Of a DNA stretch of 64,000 bases, positions 26,825 through 35,389 are shown piece after piece. The stretch comes from a virus. Lineage: Duplodnaviria; Caudoviricetes. The notes beneath the pieces were generated by a model, which saw only the letters and a list, made by a program, of their open reading frames with translations, had not been told where the DNA came from and made no database searches. The position numbers and the translations under genes were made by a program. Each line of letters begins with the position of its first letter. Position 1 is the first letter of the stretch. The stretch lies in the IMG/VR virus record IMGVR_UViG_2974666105_000001, positions 1-64,000 of that record; one strand, 5' to 3'.

Positions 26825-28256
26825 CTTGATTGCCTCCTAACGCATTGTTATCAGCCTTATGTTGATGGCTGTCTTGCTGATTTTTTGTATTTGGTGCTTT
26901 CTGGGCACCTTTTGCAGGCGATTTGCCGACTGTGGCACTATCAGAATCAATCGATGTGTTTGCACCAACATCAGCACCACCAGCAATCCCAAGGTTAGGA
27001 ATCTTCATTTCACCAGTCTTAGGATAATACAGAACAGATCCAAGACTTAAATTAATGAAGTCGTCTCCAGCAATGTCTGCGAACCCAAATTTGTTTCTGA
27101 ACTCATCATAAGAAATCAAGCCTTTGTCATAAAGTGCCCCATAAGAGGCGACTTTTTCTTTGAAGGTATTCTGCATGATTGTGTCAGTATCGAACTTAAA
27201 GAAAATTCCGTCTTCTTTTTCGCTCTCTAGCAATAATTCCTTATTGATAGCAGCTTCAAAGCTTGACAGAATCGGTTTTAAACAATACTGGAAGAATTGG
27301 AGGTTATTTTGCTCATTAGAGTTATACTTGTTCGCACTCGCATTGATTAGTGTTTCTGGAATATTAAACATGCGCGCGATTTCACCAAGCATTGCTTTTT
27401 TGCTGGAATCTAGTTGCATATTATCTGGATTCGTGCTAATCTGTTTATATTCAAGCCCGCCTTCTAAGAACAATGTCTTACCAGCGTTTTTGCTACCCGT
27501 GTAACTTTGGTTAAACTGCGATTTCAAGCGGTCTAACGTTTCTTGCGCCACGGTCCTTTGGCTAGAAACAGCTCCAACTGGAACGGCACCGTTGGCCATT
27601 AAGTTCTTTTCATAATCTCGTTGTGCCAGCGCTAGTTGCAACGTGGGTGCATAATCCGACATGATACCAGTAGAAGTAATACCATCTGGAGTGTCTGAAA
27701 TGATGTTCATTAGGTCATCTTCATCATAGTTATAACTGCCAGACTGGGAATTATACGTATAGACGCCATAATACTTATATCCACCATACGTATAAACTTC
27801 GGTTGTCATGTCTTTAGACATTAAGGGATAAATACCGTTAATGTTGTTTTTGCTTCTATCTATATACGAGAACGATCTACCATACAGAAGCAAGTCCTTG
27901 ACAACTGAGCGCTTATAATTAAAAGCGGACATTGACTCGTTGACTTGCGAATTAAGTAATGCTGTACGATAGTCATTCTTAACGGGTAACGGGACGCCTT
28001 CATCGCTATTCTTCATCATAAGAATATCAAGTGACGCAACAGTATCAGCAACAAGTGCTACTGCGGCACCAAACGACGGAATTGCCATGACAGAATCTTC
28101 TGTGATTGGCTCCGTATCTCCGTTTAAAAGCATTGGTCCAGATCCAGTTTGGGATCTTACAAAAGTGCCGCCTCGACTGTCTTGTCCCGGCTGTTGTTGC
28201 GTAAATGGTAAGCTGAAAATATTCTTTAGCGACCATTTATTATTACTCTTAGCGAT
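26820..28256 (-). CDS. Portal protein (HK97 family)
   Basis: LLYGRSF..., EIARMFNIP motifs. Frame is open 41 codons upstream of ATG 28133; SD AAAGGGGTGA precedes an ATC at 28256. Confidence 0.9.
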   Translation of the reverse strand: MAKSNNKWSLKNIFSLPFTQQQPGQDSRGGTFVRSQTGSGPMLLNGDTEPITEDSVMAIPSFGAAVALVADTVASLDILMMKNSDEGVPLPVKNDYRTALLNSQVNESMSAFNYKRSVVKDLLLYGRSFSYIDRSKNNINGIYPLMSKDMTTEVYTYGGYKYYGVYTYNSQSGSYNYDEDDLMNIISDTPDGITSTGIMSDYAPTLQLALAQRDYEKNLMANGAVPVGAVSSQRTVAQETLDRLKSQFNQSYTGSKNAGKTLFLEGGLEYKQISTNPDNMQLDSSKKAMLGEIARMFNIPETLINASANKYNSNEQNNLQFFQYCLKPILSSFEAAINKELLLESEKEDGIFFKFDTDTIMQNTFKEKVASYGALYDKGLISYDEFRNKFGFADIAGDDFINLSLGSVLYYPKTGEMKIPNLGIAGGADVGANTSIDSDSATVGKSPAKGAQKAPNTKNQQDSHQHKADNNALGGNQD

Positions 28257-28274
28257 TTTTAGTTCACCCCTTTG

Positions 28275-29984
28275 TTAAAGCAAAGTGATATTGGCCTGTC
28301 CACCGATGATATTTGAAAATTCATCAATTTCCCATAGTGACATTGCGTCAACCACGGCTGCAACCATATCAATTTTGCCGTTTGATTTTTTCTTATTTAA
28401 GAAATAAGACAAGTTACTGTCTGTAACCATTCTTGCGTTCATAAAGTTCTCTTTGAGCATATCGTTCTTATCATATGCAAAATTTCCATCTTCAATAGAC
28501 TCACGAAGTAATTTTGTCCCTGGGTATAATCCCTTTGCGTTTTGCGGAACCTCAATGCCATCATATCCAGCAGCCAAAAACTTAGCTACCGTAGATCGTG
28601 CGTTCCACTTATCATACCCAAAGCCCTTAATATTAACCCCGTATTTTTCCTCTAACTTAAAGAAGAAGTCTTCAACAAAACCATAATCAATCGTTGTGTC
28701 TCCAGACGAATAACCCCAACCTTCGTTTTCGCTATGCTGGTAGTCCCATCCTTCGACCTTTGATTTCTCATTAATTCTTCCGGCTGGGAAGAACGACCAT
28801 GCTTTTGCTACATATTTAGCATGACTTTCATCAAATGTAACCATCGCAAGACCAAAATTATCACGAGATTCAGCGAAATCAAGACCCACGAACACATCTT
28901 TGCCATACCAATCGTAACCTTGAACTAATTCTGAATTATCAAGATCATTCTCTGTGACAAACTGTTCAGCCTGTGCACCGTCAACGAAGATATTCATGAA
29001 CTTCGTCAAAAAGTTTTGACGCTTATCAGCATAGGTAATAGCATCTTCACGATCTTTAAAAAGTCTTTTTTTAACTGATGGAAATTCTTGCGAAAGAGGA
29101 TTGACTTTTATTAGCTCTTTATCGCTAGTTGCCCACTTTTTTGGCTCATCTGGACGATATATTAAAGCAAAATAAGTCGGATCATATAACTCCCCATCAA
29201 CAATCTTGTCCTTGGCGCGCTCTATTTCAGCAGTCATAGGATTATGTAATGAATCATACGCAGTTGAAATAATAATACCAAGCGGATTTGAAACAAGGTT
29301 TTGTCCAGATTGCATGGCTTGTATAGGATAACCATTTGGTAAGGCCCCGACTTCGTCAGCTAAAAACGCTACTGGCTCGCGGGCATCAAGCCTGTTGTTC
29401 GAGTTAGCTAATGGCTTATAAGTATTCTTTGTCACTAAACAAGTGATTTCCTTATTGGTTACTTTGAAGAATCTCTCCAGTTCTGGAGAACCATCAATCA
29501 AAGAGTCAACCTGTGTCTTCAATTGAGACGACAAGTCTAAGTCTGGAGCGACTGAATAAAATTTTGAGTATCTAGGCTCCAAAATTAACAATAAGATAAA
29601 AATTATAGAACTTATGAAAGTTTTTCCATTCTTGCGTGGGATAAGCATAGTAGCTGTGTTATATCTACGCAAACTATGGTCATCTTTATGTCTCCAGCAG
29701 AAAATATTAACAAAAAAGAACCACTGAAACCCAGCGAGGGCATCATAAGCACTTTCTCCTCGTCTAGGTCCAGTTGCCATAGTGATTAATTTAAGTAGCT
29801 TAGACACCTTATCAAGCGCCCTTATATCAAAATAGTAGTCGCCTTTTCCGTTTAAACTATCATTAACTTCTCTAATGAAGCGATCGGTAACAATTTTTAC
29901 ATCATTGTTGACGATAATATCGCCGTTTTTGATTCCAAGCGCATATTTGTAAGCTGGATGATTAAATATTTCTTTATCTTTCAA
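28275..29984 (-). CDS. terL: Terminase large subunit
   Basis: IPRKNGKT Walker A, LADE Walker B, IISTA, VGLDFA, YDKWNA, KIDMVAA motifs; TTG start behind GAGGTG. Confidence 0.96.
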   Translation of the reverse strand: MKDKEIFNHPAYKYALGIKNGDIIVNNDVKIVTDRFIREVNDSLNGKGDYYFDIRALDKVSKLLKLITMATGPRRGESAYDALAGFQWFFFVNIFCWRHKDDHSLRRYNTATMLIPRKNGKTFISSIIFILLLILEPRYSKFYSVAPDLDLSSQLKTQVDSLIDGSPELERFFKVTNKEITCLVTKNTYKPLANSNNRLDAREPVAFLADEVGALPNGYPIQAMQSGQNLVSNPLGIIISTAYDSLHNPMTAEIERAKDKIVDGELYDPTYFALIYRPDEPKKWATSDKELIKVNPLSQEFPSVKKRLFKDREDAITYADKRQNFLTKFMNIFVDGAQAEQFVTENDLDNSELVQGYDWYGKDVFVGLDFAESRDNFGLAMVTFDESHAKYVAKAWSFFPAGRINEKSKVEGWDYQHSENEGWGYSSGDTTIDYGFVEDFFFKLEEKYGVNIKGFGYDKWNARSTVAKFLAAGYDGIEVPQNAKGLYPGTKLLRESIEDGNFAYDKNDMLKENFMNARMVTDSNLSYFLNKKKSNGKIDMVAAVVDAMSLWEIDEFSNIIGGQANITLL

Positions 29985-30110
29985 AATAATCACCTCAATA
30001 TATGTAAAGCCCAACTGTGGCATGGGCCAGCCATTTTATTACAGTTGATGGTTATAAAAGAACATGGAAAGAAAACGCCCACCTGTTTTGCTTTATTGAG
30101 TTAAGCTACA

Positions 30111-30183
30111 AGCGAATAATCGGACTCGAACCGATGTTATCAGATTGGAAATCTAATGTGTTGCCCAACTACACTATATTCGC
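30111..30183 (-). tRNA. tRNA-Gly(TCC)
   Basis: GCGAATA/TATTCGC acceptor stem, TTAGA-TT TCC AA-TCTGA anticodon arm, GGTTCGAGTCC T arm, U73; no encoded CCA. Confidence 0.9.
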
Positions 30184-30325
30184 ATAAAGTCCCCACTTGG
30201 GCCACATTGTTAAGAGGTGTGTGGGGTGCGATTGTGTATGGTCGGATAAGTAGACGTCACTTATCGGGACTAGTGGTCAGATACAAAGCCTCTGCCGGGC
30301 AATATGGCGACCTCAACCATATTTA

Positions 30326-30522
30326 TGTGATTACTAGGGAGTCGAACCCTAGACTTAATCTGATTCTAAGCACCAACTTCTGTGCTAGTGTCGAACTAGC
30401 TCGCCATCAGATTTCAGATATTGCATAACTCAATGGCCCCCTGTATTTCAGCGTGCACATAGCCTACTCTGTGAGAGCATATGAATTAAGCTTTAGCATT
30501 TTTACCTTTCCGCCATAATCAC
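30326..30522 (-). ncRNA. Oversized tRNA-Leu-like RNA (197 nt)
   Basis: Perfect GTGATTA/TAATCAC acceptor stem, A73, Leu-type D arm (TGGCGGAA..GGT..ATGC), TAGGG-TTCGACT-CCCTA T arm; about 110 extra structured nt in place of the anticodon arm. Confidence 0.65.
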
Positions 30523-30554
30523 GTGTTAAAATGTAAGTTTTATTAGTAATACAA

Positions 30555-30704
30555 CCACCCAGGCGGGTATCGAACCCACGCACAACGAATGCCTTTGTTC
30601 AAGCACGCTGTTAATCTCTACTATTTTGACAAAAGCTGACTAAGGCTATGCAGCGACATACCTTTAACCACTCGGAAGATTGATGTGCTCTCCATGACTG
30701 GGTA
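30555..30704 (-). ncRNA. Oversized tRNA-Ser-like RNA (150 nt)
   Basis: TACCCAG/CTGGGTG acceptor stem, G73, GTGGG-TTCGATA-CCCGC T arm, variable-arm hairpin, displaced CCGAGTGGTTAAAGG D motif. Confidence 0.55.
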
Positions 30705-30741
30705 AAATTAAGCTGGTTTTGTAGAGTTCCATAAACTCTTA

Positions 30742-30813
30742 CTGCTCGGGCTGGGATCGAACTAGCGATCTCTTGATTAACAGTCAATTATTCTACCGCT
30801 GAACTACCGAGCA
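30742..30813 (-). tRNA. tRNA-Asn(GTT)
   Basis: TGCTCGG/CCGAGCA acceptor stem, TAGTTCAGCGGTAGAA D arm, CT GTT AA loop, T arm, G73. Confidence 0.9.
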
Positions 30814-30825
30814 ATGATTATGTAT

Positions 30826-31028
30826 GCCCGACACACTAGCACCCGTAGCGCCGTGTTATCAGGGCTTTATCTATCTCAACCGAGGTTAGACCAGATAGAT
30901 TTGGTTTTTCTACTCGCAAAAGAATGCTCACCTCCAAAGGCTACTCCATTATGGAACTTTTACTTTCGGGTGCGCGCTTCTCGGAACTTAAATTACTATG
31001 TAACATAAGCGGGTTTTACTACCCCGCG
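30826..31028 (-). ncRNA. Structured non-coding RNA candidate between terS and tRNA-Asn
   Basis: Stems GCGGG/CCCGC, ATCTATCT/AGATAGAT, and GCCC..GGGC enclosing a further hairpin; no credible ORF. Confidence 0.5.
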
Positions 31029-31071
31029 TGTATTATATCTTAAATATGTACTGCTGACGTTGTGTCAGCTT

Positions 31072-31566
31072 TTAACTGTTGATAATTTTCTCTAACTCAC
31101 TGTTACCACTGCTTCGATCACCAATGGTCATGGCGCTCAATTGAGCACGGCTAGACGGAGACAGTCCGTATTGGACAGCCAATGTTCTAAAACGATCTAA
31201 AAACTTAATATGTGTGTTAATGGCTGGATTTTCAACCATTTTGACACCAAATTTTGTTCTTTGCTCAACCATTAATTCATCATTTTTCATTGCTTTGTTG
31301 GATTGTTCCATCATAGCCAAACATTCAGCTAGAGCACCCACACCCATTCTGTCTACATTTGATAGAATGTCAACATCGGCTAAAAGGTGGTAGATATAAT
31401 GATAATACTTTTCGGCAGTTTCCCATCCTTTAATAAAGTCAGGTGCCACGTTTACTTCATTATCTTTGCCTTTGAGCCGTTCTTCATCCGCGATACGTGC
31501 TCTTAATTCTGATTGAGACTGATTATGACCTTTGGTTAGAGCAGCGGGCTTTCTTGCATTAGGCAA
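31072..31566 (-). CDS. terS: Terminase small subunit (P27 family)
   Basis: MPNARKP N-terminus (probable TTG), ENPA, and YGLSPSSRA motif. Confidence 0.93.
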   Translation of the reverse strand: MPNARKPAALTKGHNQSQSELRARIADEERLKGKDNEVNVAPDFIKGWETAEKYYHYIYHLLADVDILSNVDRMGVGALAECLAMMEQSNKAMKNDELMVEQRTKFGVKMVENPAINTHIKFLDRFRTLAVQYGLSPSSRAQLSAMTIGDRSSGNSELEKIINS

Positions 31567-31579
31567 TTTATCCACCTCT

Positions 31580-32032
31580 CTAAAACGTTAAATCTTTATC
31601 TAAATCTATTTTTACTTTTGTTAAATCCCAGTCGAAATCAATTCCGCCAAGCCCCATAGCAAGGTTGCACTCTCGACATAACGTAACACAATTTGATTCG
31701 TCATACATCAATGTCGGGAACTTGACCCTTGGCTTAATATGGTGGACAGTTAGATCGGTGTAGACATGCTTATGAAGCTTAATTAAGCATCTCTGACACT
31801 CACCACCGTCCCTAAGAATGATCTGTTTTCTAAAAATCCGCCAACGTTTGGACGTTAATTCCCTGTCTGTATCGCGTTGATTGATTCTATTCTCCTTGGC
31901 AGTTCTATTATTTTTTCTTTTTTTAATTGGACAATCATGTGTTGAAATGTCAACAATCATGCCACAATAAGGGCATATTTTGGAGTCCTTACCCGATTTC
32001 GTATTCTTCAAGATCATCACCATTAACTTCAA
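31580..32032 (-). CDS. Packaging-associated HNH endonuclease (HK97 gp74-like)
   Basis: RDGGECQRC...LTVHHIKP...YDESNCVTLCRECN; directly upstream of terS. Confidence 0.9.
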   Translation of the reverse strand: MKLMVMILKNTKSGKDSKICPYCGMIVDISTHDCPIKKRKNNRTAKENRINQRDTDRELTSKRWRIFRKQIILRDGGECQRCLIKLHKHVYTDLTVHHIKPRVKFPTLMYDESNCVTLCRECNLAMGLGGIDFDWDLTKVKIDLDKDLTF

Positions 32033-32120
32033 TTAGAATACCGCAATAGGGACAAACAATATATGTGTCTTTCTTGCCTACTTCGACTGGAGTTGAACAT
32101 GACGGACATTCTTGTGCCAT
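31989..32120 (-). CDS. Small zinc-ribbon protein (43 aa, missing from the ORF track)
   Basis: MAQECPSC...VCPYCG...; GGGAG RBS. Confidence 0.75.
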   Translation of the reverse strand: MAQECPSCSTPVEVGKKDTYIVCPYCGILIEVNGDDLEEYEIG

Positions 32121-32281
32121 GCGTCTCACTCCCTTTTAATATGTATTACCAATGCAAAGACTGAAAGAAATCATTGGTATGCGCTTCCTTGGCGAATTTT
32201 TTGAACAATAATGTTCGTCTCTATAACTTTGACGAGTTATGTACGAGAAGATAAAATCTTCTCAGGAGGAATAATGAATGA

Positions 32282-32557
32282 TTACAGTGATTGAGCGACT
32301 GTTCTGCGAGTTTCTAATTTCAATCCAGGCCAAACTGAGTCTGCGAATTTCAAATCACCAGCAGTAGGCGTATCTTTTACTGCATCTGACAAGTTGTTAT
32401 ACTGAGAATAACCTGTACCATAAGCGATACCTGCTCCGTAGTCCCAATTCCTAACAACGGAACGAATAGCATCATATTTTGTGTCATCATCTAAATCGTA
32501 AGATGAAACAATTGTTTGAATTACTTTAATTTGTTGAGTTCTATCCTTTTCTTCCAT
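32282..32557 (-). CDS. Hypothetical protein
   Basis: AAGGAG RBS, 91 aa. Confidence 0.75.
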   Translation of the reverse strand: MEEKDRTQQIKVIQTIVSSYDLDDDTKYDAIRSVVRNWDYGAGIAYGTGYSQYNNLSDAVKDTPTAGDLKFADSVWPGLKLETRRTVAQSL

Positions 32558-32759
32558 AAATAGTACACTCCTTTATATAAGTGCTAAAGCACTAACTGAG
32601 AGTAACTCGCTAACGCTCGAACTCTCAGTCTCCTGTCACACGATTAATTAAATGTTATCATGTGGTCGCCAAATGCGACATCGGGACACCCCTAACGGGA
32701 ACTCATCACAGCAAGCTGTGCTGATTCCCTTCCCCCTAGCTCCCTACACTATACTCCCA

Positions 32760-32866
32760 AAGTGGTGGAAATATTACCATAATTTTGCGTTTTTTGGTCG
32801 TATTTCCACCACTTCCAAAAAATTCTTTTTTTTACTATTGACTATTCTTAAATTATATGATATACT
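32760..32866 (+). promoter_or_regulatory. 14-bp inverted repeat plus sigma-A promoter in the divergent intergenic region
   Basis: AAGTGGTGGAAATA...TATTTCCACCACTT (32760-32814); TTGACT-17-TATACT (32838-32866). Confidence 0.75.
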
Positions 32867-32889
32867 CTTTAGTATAGGAGGAATCAAAA

Positions 32890-33510
32890 ATGGACAAACA
32901 CTTAGTAAAGCATGAATTAAACGAAGCAGAGTTACTTGGGACAATTAAGAAGTTAGACGAATTAGAACACGATGACGGAGTAGTACAAATGTTGGGGTCA
33001 TATGACGAAATATTAACATACAACTTTCTTGTACCAAAGAACGATAAGACGAAATTACTATCAATGATCATGATTGATATTTCGAGAGGTCGAGAACCAT
33101 CAGAATATGAAACTAAATTTCTTGATGAAATTGATAGCAGGTTTATTGCACATAAAGATAAAAAGGATTTTACCCCACGAGAAACCCTATGTCTATTTAT
33201 GAAAGAATATTGGGATTGGGATGACTATGAATGGACAAATTACAGAAATGTTTCCGTATTAGTAAAAGATATGTTCAAAATTTATACTGATTTTTGTAAG
33301 AATAATAAAATTGCCAGAAGAAAAAGAATCTTATATGAAGATTTCAAAAATTATCTGTCAAAATATGGAAACTTGAAAAGATACCGAAAGAACGGTAGTA
33401 GTAGAACAACAGATGTCATGGTTATCACAAATCTTCCAGCCTACAAAGAATCATTAACGGAAATTCCAAGTTTTGATCTGTCGAAGCATACAGAGTTAAA
33501 ACAAGCATAG
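32890..33510 (+). CDS. Hypothetical protein (possible winged-helix C-terminus)
   Basis: GGAGG RBS, own promoter, 206 aa. Confidence 0.75.
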   Translation: MDKHLVKHELNEAELLGTIKKLDELEHDDGVVQMLGSYDEILTYNFLVPKNDKTKLLSMIMIDISRGREPSEYETKFLDEIDSRFIAHKDKKDFTPRETLCLFMKEYWDWDDYEWTNYRNVSVLVKDMFKIYTDFCKNNKIARRKRILYEDFKNYLSKYGNLKRYRKNGSSRTTDVMVITNLPAYKESLTEIPSFDLSKHTELKQA

Positions 33511-33561
33511 ACAAAACGTCAATAGGTGTTATAATATAAGATATTAGAAAGGGTGATAAAT

Positions 33562-33732
33562 ATGTTTAATCAAGGAGCTTTTCATTTCTTTGTTATGGTA
33601 ATCGTCTCACTTATCGTTATGGCGATCATTGCCGTATTCGTCATGGTTTGTGCAGTGTTCCCACACGTGTTAGCAACTGTATCTGTGATACTTGGAGCTA
33701 TTTGTTACACTTGTGGCAAGTTATTTAAATAG
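33562..33732 (+). CDS. Small membrane protein (56 aa, missing from the ORF track)
   Basis: GGGTG RBS, two hydrophobic segments, upstream TAGACA-16-TATAAT promoter. Confidence 0.75.
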   Translation: MFNQGAFHFFVMVIVSLIVMAIIAVFVMVCAVFPHVLATVSVILGAICYTCGKLFK

Positions 33733-33743
33733 GAGGAATAAAA

Positions 33744-34097
33744 ATGATTAATAGTATAAGACTTTGGAGTGAATATTATAAAGAATATGTCGATTGGTAT
33801 GACGGGGTTATGTTTGATTGCGACGGTAAAATATATTATGACGATGGAGTTGCTAGTGATGGGGACATCGGAATTGTTTATGAATGGTGTACAGGGGTCA
33901 AAGATATTAATGATAAATATATCTTCACTGGCGATATTATCAAGACTAAAGCCGGACGTATTCAGATTGTTAAGCAGGGCGTATTATTATCAGATGAAAA
34001 CAACATCATTAGCGGATTTTATGCAGAGGATATAAAAAGTGGAAACCCATACACGTTTAGTCCCCATGATAAAGTAATTGGTACCGTGCACAATTAA
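33744..34097 (+). CDS. YopX-family protein
   Basis: EWCTGVKDINDKYIFTGDII motif. Confidence 0.8.
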   Translation: MINSIRLWSEYYKEYVDWYDGVMFDCDGKIYYDDGVASDGDIGIVYEWCTGVKDINDKYIFTGDIIKTKAGRIQIVKQGVLLSDENNIISGFYAEDIKSGNPYTFSPHDKVIGTVHN

Positions 34098-34123
34098 TAA
34101 AAAAATGCTGGAGGTAAACGATA

Positions 34124-34579
34124 ATGATTAAGTTTAGAGGAGTTCCGTTAGATGATTATAGTCATGATGCTAATGTCGACTTTGATGGAACATTTATTTA
34201 TGGGAATTATGAAAAAGTGGGTGACGATGTATTAATTTCTAGTGGAAAATTTGATTTAGAAGGAGTATCTGTTCCAGATTTATTTGCAAAAGTAGATCCT
34301 AAGACAGTGGGACAGTTTACTGGTCTGAAAGATATTAATGGTAAGGAAATCTATGAAAATGATATTATCCATTTTGGAAGCATTTGGTGTGTCGGTGATG
34401 AATGTGACCCTAGGGAAGAAGAACATATAGGTGCTGTGAAATATCGTACCGACTGTGCGAGTTATGAGGTCAATTGTAATGGACAAATATTTCCACTAAT
34501 GGAAGTAATCAATTTTGATGGTTATTCAGTACAAGGCAACGTGCACGAGAACCCGGATCTATTGGAGGAAGACAAATGA
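34124..34579 (+). CDS. YopX-family protein
   Basis: IKFRG...GQFTGLKDINGKEIYENDII...GNVHENPDLL. Confidence 0.9.
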   Translation: MIKFRGVPLDDYSHDANVDFDGTFIYGNYEKVGDDVLISSGKFDLEGVSVPDLFAKVDPKTVGQFTGLKDINGKEIYENDIIHFGSIWCVGDECDPREEEHIGAVKYRTDCASYEVNCNGQIFPLMEVINFDGYSVQGNVHENPDLLEEDK

Positions 34580-34973
34580 AATGTCCATATTGTCACAGTG
34601 ATGGTTCACGTTTAGACAACGCTAGTGTTTGGGGATCAAAACCAGTTGCCAATGTATCTGGGCCTGAATATCCGGCTTTATACATTGACCTATCTACACA
34701 CAAACTAGTTATGGCCAACGCCCTAGAAGCATGGCGAATTAGATATTGCCCTATGTGTGGGCGAAAGTTATTGGAGGAAGAGAAATGACTGAGACAGAGA
34801 AGCAAAAAGCGTGTCGATATTGTCATGGGAACTCGCCACAACAAATTATGGACGTAGATAATGGCGATTTGATGGATGTATGGTTATTAGGACGTACATT
34901 GATGGCCAAAGAGATCAATATGTCTGGAGTTTATATTAATTACTGCCCAATGTGTGGGCGGAAGCTAGTTTAG
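34576..34973 (+). CDS. Two small zinc-finger proteins (34576-34788, 34785-34973)
   Basis: CxxC ... YCPMCGRKL in both. Confidence 0.8.
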
Positions 34974-34982
34974 GAGATAATA

Positions 34983-35216
34983 ATGACAATTAATTTAAAA
35001 GTTGGAAACGTATTTCATATTGAAGATCCAGAAAACCACGTTAGAATCAATAATAAAGACTACATGGTAGTTGAAGATGCAATAGGATGGACTAAAAGGT
35101 TCTTTGTAGTAGATCTAACTGGGTCACGGGTATTAGAAAGCTTTAAATCATTGAATGACATCAACAAGTTTCTAAAAGACGCTTGGGATAAATATGATGT
35201 TGTTGTAGTGAATTAA
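34983..35216 (+). CDS. Hypothetical SH3-like protein
   Basis: LKVGNVF...YMVV pattern; resembles the 49362-50446 paralogs. Confidence 0.7.
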   Translation: MTINLKVGNVFHIEDPENHVRINNKDYMVVEDAIGWTKRFFVVDLTGSRVLESFKSLNDINKFLKDAWDKYDVVVVN

Positions 35217-35222
35217 GATGTT

Positions 35223-35245
35223 GGCTGCTTAAATGCAGCTTTTTT
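35223..35245 (+). terminator. Intrinsic terminator
   Basis: GGCTGC-ttaaat-GCAGCT followed by a T run. Confidence 0.8.
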
Positions 35246-35255
35246 AATAAAATTG

Positions 35256-35284
35256 TTGACACTGAAAAACATGTGCGTTAGTAT
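35256..35284 (+). promoter_or_regulatory. Sigma-A promoter pointing at cos
   Basis: TTGACA-17-TAGTAT. Confidence 0.6.
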
Positions 35285-35389
35285 TAAGTCAATCAAGAAA
35301 GGATCGTGTTGAGGATGGATAAGTATGCCCTGATTGGCCAAAAAATGTGTTTCTCAAATCTCTGAACTAGGATTTTGTGTGAACAAGAG

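Noticed and set aside
30326-30522. Group I intron in tRNA-Leu(UAA), or tmRNA
   Set aside because: The ~110-nt insert is too short, no P7-like core is recognisable, and there is no G3:U70 pair or convincing tag ORF.
2126-32145. TACATA as a simple sigma-A -10 box
   Set aside because: No -35 element, always preceded by a variable hairpin, and in places directly abutting the RBS; kept only as a minor alternative in the finding.
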